32,000 bases of DNA from Nitrososphaera viennensis EN76 (GTDB lineage Archaea; Thermoproteota; Nitrososphaeria; Nitrososphaerales; Nitrososphaeraceae). The translations under genes were made by a program, and so were the position numbers. This document shows positions 1-6,659 of the stretch, piece after piece (position 1 is the stretch's first letter; the number at the start of each line of letters is the position of its first letter). The stretch covers positions 2,040,001 to 2,072,000 of the forward strand of contig NZ_CP007536.1 of NCBI RefSeq assembly GCF_000698785.1. Reading direction: 5' to 3'. The notes beneath the pieces were generated by a model. That model saw only the letters and a program-made list of their open reading frames with translations, did no database searches and was not told the DNA's origin.

Positions 1-225
1 GGCGCCAAGCTTGGCAAGCGCGTACGCGACGTTGACTGCGTTTCCGCCCCTGATGTCTATCGTGGGGACGCCCCGGACGCTTCCGCCGCCGTTCCTTGCT
101 TTTTCCTCAAGCGCGCCGGTCAGCTTTTCCCTCGCGTCAAGCCTGATTATCCTGTCAACGAAAAAGTCCGGCATCACCACTATCGAGCCGAGGATGCGCA
201 GCTGCTTCAGCTTGTCTATTATCAC
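1..225 (-). CDS. PfkB/ribokinase-family sugar or nucleoside kinase, N-terminal part (gene runs off the left window edge)
   Basis: Absent from the ORF track because it is open at the window edge. Minus-strand translation from GTG 225: VIIDKLKQLRILGSIVVMPDFFVDRIIRLDAREKLTGALEEKARNGGGSVRGVPTIDIRGGNAVNVAYALAKLGA. GGNAxNVAxALAxLG is the N-terminal PfkB-family signature. An in-frame stop lies upstream at 244-246. The + strand ORF 11..247 is its antisense. Confidence 0.7.
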   Translation of the reverse strand, partial: MIIDKLKQLRILGSIVVMPDFFVDRIIRLDAREKLTGALEEKARNGGGSVRGVPTIDIRGGNAVNVAYALAKLGA

Positions 226-276
226 TTTTTCTTCTTGCGAGCGTTAACACTCTGCGGTATTTGTTGTTTGTTGAAT

Positions 277-315
277 AAAAGAAAGAGAAGAAAGGAAAAA
301 GAGAGAAGGAAGAGA
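277..315 (-). terminator. 39-nt homopyrimidine (C/T) tract in the thermosome 3' flank
   Basis: The + strand is pure purine from 277 to 315 (aaaagaaagagaagaaaggaaaaagagagaaggaagaga). On the thermosome sense strand this gives TCTCTTCCTTCTCTCTTTTTCCTTTCTTCTCTTTCTTTT, starting 23 nt after the stop. Confidence 0.4.
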
Positions 316-337
316 CGGGAGCTTGCTTTGTTTCTTA

Positions 338-2011
338 TTATTCCATTCCCATGCCGCCCATTCCGCCCATGCCGCCACCCATACCTCCACCGCCCGGCGG
401 CATTGCTGGCATCTTGGACTTGCTTGCGGCAATCACGTCGTCGATCCTGAGGATCATCGACGCGACCTCTGTTGCAGACTTGATTATCTGCTGCTTTACT
501 ACCAGTGGCTCCAGCACGTTCTGCTTGTACATGTCGGCGACCACGGTGTTCCTTGCGTCGACTCCTGTCCATTTGCTTCCCTTGCTCTGCTTGGCGCGAA
601 GTTCCGTCATTGTGTCTATCGGGTCCATGCCGGCGTTCTCGGCCAGGTTGAGCGGGATCGCGTCAAGGGCGTCTGCAAACTTCTGCACTGCAAGCTGGGC
701 GCGGCCTTCCTGGCTTGAAGACCACTGGCGCAGCTCGTTTGCGATGTAGGCTTCCGGGGCACCTCCGCCTGCCACGATGGCCGGCTTTTCAAGGACGTCC
801 TTCATGACCATGAGAGCGTCATGCAATGATCTATCTGCTTCGTCCACGACCCTCTGCGAGCCTCCGCGGATGAGGATGGTGACTGCCTTGGGGTTCTTGC
901 ACCCTTCGATGAACACCCACTTGTCCGTCTCTACCTTGCGCTCCTCCACAAGCTCGGCAGAGCCAAGGTCCTTTGACGTCAGGTCGTCAAGGTTGTTGAC
1001 GATCCTTGCGCCTGTCGCGCGGGACATTTTCGTCATGTCGCTTTCCTTGACCCTGCGCACCGCAAGCACTCCTGCCTTTGCAAGGTAGTGCTGGGCGATG
1101 TCGTCAATGCCTTTCTGGCAGAGCACGACGTTTGCGCCGGAGCTCTTGACCTTGTCAACCATCGCCTTTAGCATCCTGTTCTCCTCTTCGAGGAACATCT
1201 GCATCTGGTGCGGGTCGGAGATGCGTATCTCTGCGCTCATCTCTGTCTTTTCGATTTCAAGGGCCGAGTTGACGAGCGCAATCTTGGCTCCCTCTATGCG
1301 CTTTGGCATGCCTGCGTGCACGACTTCCTTGTCAAGGACTATGCCCTTGATGAGTTTCGTGTCGCGCATCGAGCCTCCTGCCTTCTTTTCCACCTTGATG
1401 TTGTCAAGGTCGACTCTCAGGCTGCCGTTTTCTGCCTTCTCTGCGACCTGCTTTGCCGCGTCGGCCACTATCGCCCCAAGGAGCGGGCTGTCGTCGGACA
1501 CAAGCTTTGAGTCCATGCTGGTCCTTGCAATCTTTAGGAGCATGTCCTTGTCAGAGATGTCTACCTGCACTGCCATCTTTTCCAAAAGCTTTAGCGCCTG
1601 TTCTGCTGCCGCGTTGTAGCCATCTACGATTACGGACGGGTGCACGTCCTTGTTCAGGAGGTCCTCTGCCTTTTCAAGCAGTGCGCCGGCAAACACCACC
1701 GAAGACGTGGTGCCGTCGCCGACCTCGTTGTCGACCGACTTGGCAACTTCGACCATCATCTTGGCCGCCGGATGCTGCACGTCTATTTCCTTCAAGATGG
1801 TGGCGCCGTCGTTTGTTATGGTCACGTCGCCAAGGTTGTCCACCAGCATCTTGTCCATGCCGCGCGGGCCAAGGCTCGTCTTCACTATCTCTGCGATCAG
1901 CTTTGCCGCTGTCAGGTTGTTCTTCTGCGCTTCGCGTCCCTTGCTTTCCTTAGTCCCTTCCTTCAGGATTAAGACTGGCATACCGCCAGGCGTTGTTTGA
2001 ATTGATGCCAT
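338..2011 (-). CDS. ths: thermosome subunit (group II chaperonin, CCT/TCP-1 family)
   Basis: 557 aa. N-terminus LKEGTKESKGREAQKNN...SLGPRGMDKML...ITNDGATIL and GDGTTS are classic thermosome motifs. C-terminal GGM-repeat tail: PPGGGGMGGGMGGMGGMGME. Confidence 0.97.
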   Translation of the reverse strand: MASIQTTPGGMPVLILKEGTKESKGREAQKNNLTAAKLIAEIVKTSLGPRGMDKMLVDNLGDVTITNDGATILKEIDVQHPAAKMMVEVAKSVDNEVGDGTTSSVVFAGALLEKAEDLLNKDVHPSVIVDGYNAAAEQALKLLEKMAVQVDISDKDMLLKIARTSMDSKLVSDDSPLLGAIVADAAKQVAEKAENGSLRVDLDNIKVEKKAGGSMRDTKLIKGIVLDKEVVHAGMPKRIEGAKIALVNSALEIEKTEMSAEIRISDPHQMQMFLEEENRMLKAMVDKVKSSGANVVLCQKGIDDIAQHYLAKAGVLAVRRVKESDMTKMSRATGARIVNNLDDLTSKDLGSAELVEERKVETDKWVFIEGCKNPKAVTILIRGGSQRVVDEADRSLHDALMVMKDVLEKPAIVAGGGAPEAYIANELRQWSSSQEGRAQLAVQKFADALDAIPLNLAENAGMDPIDTMTELRAKQSKGSKWTGVDARNTVVADMYKQNVLEPLVVKQQIIKSATEVASMILRIDDVIAASKSKMPAMPPGGGGMGGGMGGMGGMGME

Positions 2012-2018
2012 TACAATA

Positions 2019-2023
2019 TCACC
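2019..2023 (-). promoter_or_regulatory. Shine-Dalgarno-like GGTGA upstream of the thermosome ATG
   Basis: + strand tcacc at 2019-2023 reads GGTGA on the minus strand, 7 nt before ATG (2011-2009). Confidence 0.5.
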
Positions 2024-2054
2024 TAAGAATAATTACGACTTTTCATGCATCTCT

Positions 2055-2062
2055 TATATATT
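2055..2062 (-). promoter_or_regulatory. TATA-box-like element (AATATATA) for the thermosome gene
   Basis: A/T octamer about 45-50 nt upstream of ATG 2011. This implies a roughly 20-nt leader carrying the GGTGA, unlike most other genes here. Confidence 0.45.
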
Positions 2063-2064
2063 TT

Positions 2065-2502
2065 TCACATGCCAAGCTGTTTTTGCTTCTCGCCAAACTT
2101 GGCCCGGAACCTCGGCACGTTGATGATAAAGCGCTCGTGCCTGCCCTCTCCTATCCTCTCAAGCTTGTCCCTTGCCTCGACCTCGAACATGACCTGCCTG
2201 CCGTTCACCGAGGCCACCTTTGCCTTCAAGAACACCTGGGCGCCCACAGGCGTTGCGGCGAGGTGCCTGATGTCGACTATGGTGCCGACCGAGTCCCATT
2301 CCGCCTCGGGGATCGCCTGCTCCTTGAGAAGCAGCCGGCAGGTCTCCTCCATCTCCATTATCATGGCCGGGGTGGAAAGCACGTTCTCGCCCTCCCAGAG
2401 AAAGCTTGTGGTCATGTTAGAGTCGACTGTGATGGCGCGCTCTTTTTCTGCGCCCACCCTGACCCTGGACCCAAAATCGATGCTCATAATCCTGTTTTCC
2501 AC
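2065..2502 (-). CDS. hotdog-fold thioesterase (FlK/COG5496-like)
   Basis: 145 aa. LSTPAMIMEMEETCRLLL and VGTIVDIRHLAATPVGAQV...ARDKLERIGEGRHERFII match the small predicted-thioesterase family. The GTG at 2502 may be replaced by ATG at 2487 (MSIDFG...). Confidence 0.75.
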   Translation of the reverse strand: MENRIMSIDFGSRVRVGAEKERAITVDSNMTTSFLWEGENVLSTPAMIMEMEETCRLLLKEQAIPEAEWDSVGTIVDIRHLAATPVGAQVFLKAKVASVNGRQVMFEVEARDKLERIGEGRHERFIINVPRFRAKFGEKQKQLGM

Positions 2503-2514
2503 GAAAAAGCCTGC

Positions 2515-2730
2515 TTAAAACTTGTGCCGGCGGATGTCCGCCTTGCGCTCCCTCTCTTCCTTGACGTGGTGCAGCCTGTCCTTTTCATGGAGGAAAAGCT
2601 TGCCGCAGTCGGAGCATTTTATGATGTGGTGCTTGTGGGCGTCATGCGCGTGGTGCACGAGCTCTTCGTAGCTTGAAAAGCGCGTGTGGCAGTCTTCGCA
2701 CTCGTTCTTTTCGCGGTGTAAAAGGCCCAT
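2515..2730 (-). CDS. small C2H2 zinc-finger protein (two fingers)
   Basis: 71 aa. CEDCHTRFSSYEELVHHAHDAH and CSDCGKLFLHEKDRLHH fit C-x2-C-x3-F-x5/6-L-x2-H. A TATA-like CTTATAG lies about 27-33 nt upstream. Confidence 0.8.
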   Translation of the reverse strand: MGLLHREKNECEDCHTRFSSYEELVHHAHDAHKHHIIKCSDCGKLFLHEKDRLHHVKEERERKADIRRHKF

Positions 2731-2733
2731 GTG

Positions 2734-2752
2734 AGGCTATATGGCATAGCCT
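2734..2752. repeat. perfect 7-bp inverted repeat (AGGCTAT-n5-ATAGCCT) between the TATA-like box and the start of the zinc-finger gene
   Basis: aggctat atggc atagcct read directly from the sequence. Its position suits an operator or a 5' hairpin. Confidence 0.4.
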
Positions 2753-2768
2753 ACGCTATAAGGTAATC

Positions 2769-2789
2769 GAAAAAGAAAGAAAAGAGAAG
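2769..2789 (-). terminator. pyrimidine/T-rich tract downstream of the small ORF 2801-2926
   Basis: 21-nt all-purine run on +, which reads CTTCTCTTTTCTTTCTTTTTC on the minus strand, starting about 11 nt after the stop codon. Archaeal termination uses oligo-T tracts. Confidence 0.35.
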
Positions 2790-2800
2790 CGACCCTGTCT

Positions 2801-2926
2801 TTACTTGCTGCGCCTCATACCGGAGGCAATAGCATAGGCCAGACCAACTATCAGGCCAAAAGCCAACGGAATCCATACTGGAAATGCAGCTGGGTCGATC
2901 ACTTGTCTGAACAGAGCTTCAAACAT
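2801..2926 (-). CDS. hypothetical 41-aa membrane peptide (not in the ORF track)
   Basis: MFEALFRQVIDPAAFPVWIPLAFGLIVGLAYAIASGMRRSK. It has one hydrophobic helix with a basic C-terminus. It has its own TATA-like TAATATAC about 25-30 nt upstream of the ATG and a T-rich tract downstream. Confidence 0.4.
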   Translation of the reverse strand: MFEALFRQVIDPAAFPVWIPLAFGLIVGLAYAIASGMRRSK

Positions 2927-2996
2927 GCCAGAAGGATAATAATACAAGTATATTAGATTTTCTAAGCCGGCCCTCCTCAAGGCACCCGGACATACC

Positions 2997-3004
2997 TTAA
3001 ATTA
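2997..3004 (+). promoter_or_regulatory. TATA-box-like TTAAATTA upstream of rpl44e
   Basis: Centred about 31 nt upstream of ATG 3031. This spacing is consistent with a leaderless or near-leaderless mRNA. Confidence 0.45.
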
Positions 3005-3030
3005 CCCTAGCGTGAATTCATGTGCTAGCT

Positions 3031-3303
3031 ATGAAGATGGAGAAGGAGATGCGCAAGTTCTGCCCTAGGTGCAAGACCCACACCATGCAGGCCGTTGCAA
3101 TATACAAGAAGGGCAAGGACAGGACCGTGGCAGAAGGCGCTCGCAGGCACGCCGAGGACAAGAAGGGATACGGCGGCCAGAAATTCCCCGAGCTTAAAAG
3201 GACTGCCAAGACCACGAAAAAGATCACTTTGCGCTATACGTGCAAGACGTGCCAGAGAAAGACCATGAAGGAAGGACGCAGGATACGCAAGCTGGAGATC
3301 TGA
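3031..3303 (+). CDS. rpl44e: 50S ribosomal protein L44e (eL42)
   Basis: MKMEKEMRKFCPRCKTHTMQAVAIYKKGKDR...YGGQKFP...TLRYTCKTCQRK has the CxxC...CxxC zinc ribbon and eL42 core. The track ORF starts at GTG 3022, but ATG 3031 fits orthologue N-termini (MK.PK..). Confidence 0.95.
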   Translation: MKMEKEMRKFCPRCKTHTMQAVAIYKKGKDRTVAEGARRHAEDKKGYGGQKFPELKRTAKTTKKITLRYTCKTCQRKTMKEGRRIRKLEI

Positions 3304-3310
3304 TAGTCAC

Positions 3311-3511
3311 ATGAAGAGAGAAAACATACTAGTTCCAAAACCGCGGAGCAACTTTATCTCCGTCCAGTGCGAAAAGTGCGGCGCAAGGGCCGTCATATTC
3401 TCGCACACGACGTCTGAAATCAAGTGCTCCGGATGCGGCGAGACGCTTGCCACGAGCTCCGGCTCAAAGGCGCGCATCGCCGGCAAGGTCATTGGCACGC
3501 TTGACCAGTGA
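3311..3511 (+). CDS. rps27e: 30S ribosomal protein S27e (eS27)
   Basis: 66 aa. FISVQCEKCGARAVIFSHTTSEIKCSGCGETLATSSGSKARI is the typical eS27 zinc ribbon. Confidence 0.95.
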   Translation: MKRENILVPKPRSNFISVQCEKCGARAVIFSHTTSEIKCSGCGETLATSSGSKARIAGKVIGTLDQ

Positions 3512-4093
3512 CTCTGCAACCTCTTTTTCCCTTTTTGTATTCACGTTCAGCGCGACTTCTGCCCTGTTCATTATGACATAACGTTCTTCTACCGCGCCCT
3601 TTTTTGCACGCGCGGCATCAAACAGGGTGATCCCTGAATGGCACAGGTCGTTGCCAAAGGCGACGCTTGGCGTGACGCCAAGGCCCTCTGCAAAGCTTTT
3701 CTCGATTGCAATGGACGCCGCGGGCGCGTTAACCGCTGCTGCAGCAAGCTTGTCAACTATTTCGCTTACTGTCTCTGCAGTCAAAAGCGGCACGTCTGCA
3801 GGCACCACTAACACCCTTGACGGCGCAACCTTTTCAAGCAGGATTGAAAGGTCCTGCGGGTAGCCGGCGCCCGGCGTGTCAATTGTCTCGATGCCTGTTG
3901 ACTGCAGGAACCTTTTTGTCGCCGGCGTGCTTGGCGAAACTGCCGCAACTATTTTTTCAAACCGTCCAGATTCCTTTAATGCAAGCACTACGCGCTCGAT
4001 AAAGCGCCTGCCTGCAAGTTCTGTCATCGGCTTTTCAGTACCTGATTCCATGCGGGTGCCCCTTCCTCCGCACATGACTGCAGCAGTTATCAA
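3464..4093 (-). CDS. cobY: adenosylcobinamide-phosphate guanylyltransferase, archaeal CobY type (MobA-like NTP transferase fold)
   Basis: N-terminal MITAAVMCGGRGTRM is the nucleotidyltransferase G-loop. It is the last gene of the cobalamin operon. Its TTG start overlaps the cobS stop (TTGA). Confidence 0.75.
   Translation of the reverse strand: MITAAVMCGGRGTRMESGTEKPMTELAGRRFIERVVLALKESGRFEKIVAAVSPSTPATKRFLQSTGIETIDTPGAGYPQDLSILLEKVAPSRVLVVPADVPLLTAETVSEIVDKLAAAAVNAPAASIAIEKSFAEGLGVTPSVAFGNDLCHSGITLFDAARAKKGAVEERYVIMNRAEVALNVNTKREKEVAESLVKRANDLAGDARL
3521..3538 (+). terminator. T-rich tract (CTCTTTTTCCCTTTTTGT) after rps27e
   Basis: Two T5 runs begin 10 nt after the TGA at 3509-3511. The tract lies inside the convergent cobY coding region. 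Confidence 0.4.
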
Positions 4094-4905
4094 GGCATCA
4101 CCATCGTCGATGAAAGGACGATGAGCGAGGCAAGCCTGGCAACTTCGTTAGACGCGCCAAGCACGTCGCCGGAAATGCCTCCAAAGCTTCTCTTTGAGGC
4201 GTGCCTCATCAGCGCCCCGAGCGAGACAGAGACTCCAAGCGCGGCCATTCCTGCATAGCCGGCGGAAAACCACACGATGGGAAGCATGATCGCAGTCGCG
4301 GCGGCCATCTTTTTGCCGTCCTTCATGGCGGCGGTAAAGGGCGAGCTGAACCCCTCCCATGCAGAGGTGCCCCTGTATGTAAGGAGCACCATGATGTATT
4401 TTGCAATCACCTCGGCGGCGATGATGCTTGTCAGGATCTTTGTGCCGCCGAATCCTGTGTTGAACACGATTATCATGCCGGCAAAGTACATCACAAGCGC
4501 GGCCACGCCTGCAGAGCCGACGGCCGGATCCATCATTGCCTTTCGTTTCTTCTCCTTGTCGCCCTTGGCCATCATGCCGTCTGCAAAGTCGGCAAGCGCG
4601 TCTGTGTGGTGCACGCCGGTCAGTATCACGAGCGCCCCCGCGACTAACAGGCCGACAAGGAGCGGGGGAAAAAACGGCGAGATGCCAAAGGCCATGCTGC
4701 CGGCGATGACGCCGACAATGGCGCCGGCTACCGGGAAGAGGTACATGTTCCTGGCAATGTAGTGGATGTCATGGTCGCCGCCCTTGCCGACCGGGATTAT
4801 CGTCAGAAATGCCAGTACCGACTGGATCGGCTTAAGGGAGGCCAAGCAAGAGCCTCCACCAGCCGGCCAGATATAAAACTGACATTGCCGGCACGGAAAA
4901 CGCAA
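4090..4905 (-). CDS. cobS: adenosylcobinamide-GDP ribazoletransferase (cobalamin synthase)
   Basis: Polytopic membrane protein. LAFLTIIPV..., HHTDALADFADGMMAKGDKEKKRKAMMDPAVGSAGV are CobS motifs. The start is uncertain: ATG 4905 overlaps cbiB by 74 nt, while TTG 4845 overlaps by 14 nt. Confidence 0.9.
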   Translation of the reverse strand: MRFPCRQCQFYIWPAGGGSCLASLKPIQSVLAFLTIIPVGKGGDHDIHYIARNMYLFPVAGAIVGVIAGSMAFGISPFFPPLLVGLLVAGALVILTGVHHTDALADFADGMMAKGDKEKKRKAMMDPAVGSAGVAALVMYFAGMIIVFNTGFGGTKILTSIIAAEVIAKYIMVLLTYRGTSAWEGFSSPFTAAMKDGKKMAAATAIMLPIVWFSAGYAGMAALGVSVSLGALMRHASKRSFGGISGDVLGASNEVARLASLIVLSSTMVMP

Positions 4906-5803
4906 GGAAAAACAGCAATGTTGTAAGCTTCATCATCGAGATCGCCATCCTGCACTTTTGAAGAGTGGTCTGCTCCTGGCTGTCACCCAGCGAATAGTGG
5001 CCTATCTTCTCCAGGCGTATCCTGAGCGCGCCGGCCATCGTGGCCATCGGGTAGCCGGCGTTTGGCGAGAACGTCTTGCCGTGGTCGCGCTGCAGGATCC
5101 CAAGCGAGTTCTTCCAGTCGGCGCCAAGCATCCTTGCAGAAACGACCATCAAAAACGCGGTGATCCGCGCAGGCACATAGTTGGCAAGGGTGTCAAGCCG
5201 GGCGGACATCCAGCCAATGTCTCTGTAATAGTCGTCCTTGTATCCGACCATCGAGTCAAGCGTGTTTATCGCCCTGTACGCAAAAGCGCCCGCCGGCCCA
5301 AGCAATGAATAATAGAATACCGGCCCCGTGATGCCGTCAACCGTGCTTTCGCTGACGCACTCTATTGTTGCGGAAAGCACGTGCTGCTCGTCAAGGTCCT
5401 CCGTTGGCCGGCGCACTATCATAGAGAGGTTCTGCCTTGCGCCGGGCAGGTCGCCATTTTCAAGGCAGGCCATTATTGCCCGGGCGTGCCTGTCCATCCC
5501 GCGCACGGCAACCGTGACCTTTAGGATTATCGCAGAAAATATTGCCAGCGCGACAGCGCCTGCCAGGTACAGGCTTGCCATGGCGGCGAAGTGTACGCCG
5601 GCGCCAACAAGGGCTACTATCAGTATTGCAAAGGCGCTGCCGCCGGCCCGCTCTCTTGCCCTTGATCCAGCCTTGAGCCGCGGGACGAAATAGCCGATGA
5701 GCCGGCCAAGCCATGCCACCGGATGGTAGCGGTTTGGCGGATCGCCCGCGACAACGTCAAGGCCAAGGCCGCCTGCAAGGGCGGCAATGAGAGCAAGCAG
5801 CAT
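4832..5803 (-). CDS. cbiB: adenosylcobinamide-phosphate synthase CbiB (CobD of the Pseudomonas nomenclature)
   Basis: GDPPNRYHPVAWLGRLIG, IVRRPTEDL, ECVSESTVDGITGPVFY, NTLDSMVGYKDDYY, ARLDTLANYVPARI and SPNAGYPMATMAGAL are all CbiB hallmarks. Confidence 0.93.
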   Translation of the reverse strand: MLLALIAALAGGLGLDVVAGDPPNRYHPVAWLGRLIGYFVPRLKAGSRARERAGGSAFAILIVALVGAGVHFAAMASLYLAGAVALAIFSAIILKVTVAVRGMDRHARAIMACLENGDLPGARQNLSMIVRRPTEDLDEQHVLSATIECVSESTVDGITGPVFYYSLLGPAGAFAYRAINTLDSMVGYKDDYYRDIGWMSARLDTLANYVPARITAFLMVVSARMLGADWKNSLGILQRDHGKTFSPNAGYPMATMAGALRIRLEKIGHYSLGDSQEQTTLQKCRMAISMMKLTTLLFFLAFSVPAMSVLYLAGWWRLLLGLP

Positions 5804-5804
5804 A

Positions 5805-6659
5805 CTACAGGCCCACTATCCTGTCCAGCCTCTTTACGTCCACGCTGTCTTTTATTGCCTTTGCAAGCAGGCCTATCTGCCAGTCCCACGCATCCTGCGG
5901 AAGGTCTGCCCTTGTGGTGGCGCTGCCGCCGACAAGCGAGTCTTCCTCGGGCAGGTCAAGGTCGATCTTTGGTATGACGCCAAGGATGCGCTTTCTGGTC
6001 AGCCTTTGTGCCTCTTTTATCGCCGGCTCTAAAAGCGACTGGTCGCCCCTGAACTTGTTTACCAGGAACCCCTTGACAAGCGCCCTGTGCTTTACCTTCA
6101 ATAACTGGAGCGTCCCAACCATGCTGGCAAAGCATCCGCCGCGCTCAATGTCTGCCACGATGACCACGGGCGCCCCGACCTCTTCTGCAAGGAGCATGTT
6201 TGCAATGTCGTATTTGGCTATGTTTATCTCCGCCGGCGAGCCGGCCCCTTCAATCACCACAAGGTCGTTTTCCCTCCGCAGGCAGTCAAGCGCCTTTAGC
6301 GCAAGAGGCAGGCCCTGCTTTAGCGCAAATTTTTCGTAATAGTCTCGCGCGTGCATCTCGGAGTAGAACCTGCCGTTGATGATGACCTCGCTCCGGTAGT
6401 CGCCAAGAGGCTTTAGCAGGATCGGGTTCATCCGGGGGTCGGGCTGCTTTCTTGAGGCGACTGCCTGCACGGCCTGCGCCTGCGCCATTTTCAAGCCGTC
6501 CTTTGTCAGGTAAAGCCTGGACGACATGTTCTGCGACTTGAACGGCGCCACCCTGTAGTCCCTGTCGGCGTACAGCCTGCACAGCCCTGCCACGAGCGTG
6601 CTCTTGCCTGCCCCTGACGACGTTCCTTGCACCATCAGCAGTTTTGCGCGCCTAGCCAC
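5805..6659 (-). CDS. cobQ: cobyric acid synthase CobQ/CbiP-like protein, ATP-binding synthetase domain only (no glutaminase domain)
   Basis: 284 aa. VQGTSSGAGKST P-loop, APFKSQNMS, MNPILLKP, VIEGAGSPAEIN, VADIERGG, NKFRGD and ILGVIPKIDLDLPEEDS are colinear with the CobQ N-terminal half. The GTG start overlaps the upstream stop by 8 nt. Its stop is 1 nt from the cbiB ATG. Confidence 0.85.
   Translation of the reverse strand: MARRAKLLMVQGTSSGAGKSTLVAGLCRLYADRDYRVAPFKSQNMSSRLYLTKDGLKMAQAQAVQAVASRKQPDPRMNPILLKPLGDYRSEVIINGRFYSEMHARDYYEKFALKQGLPLALKALDCLRRENDLVVIEGAGSPAEINIAKYDIANMLLAEEVGAPVVIVADIERGGCFASMVGTLQLLKVKHRALVKGFLVNKFRGDQSLLEPAIKEAQRLTRKRILGVIPKIDLDLPEEDSLVGGSATTRADLPQDAWDWQIGLLAKAIKDSVDVKRLDRIVGL

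Noticed and set aside
11-247. 78-aa plus-strand ORF at the window start
   Set aside because: The opposite strand encodes a PfkB-kinase N-terminus with the GGNAxNVAxALAxLG signature. The plus-frame product is Ser/Pro/Leu-rich.
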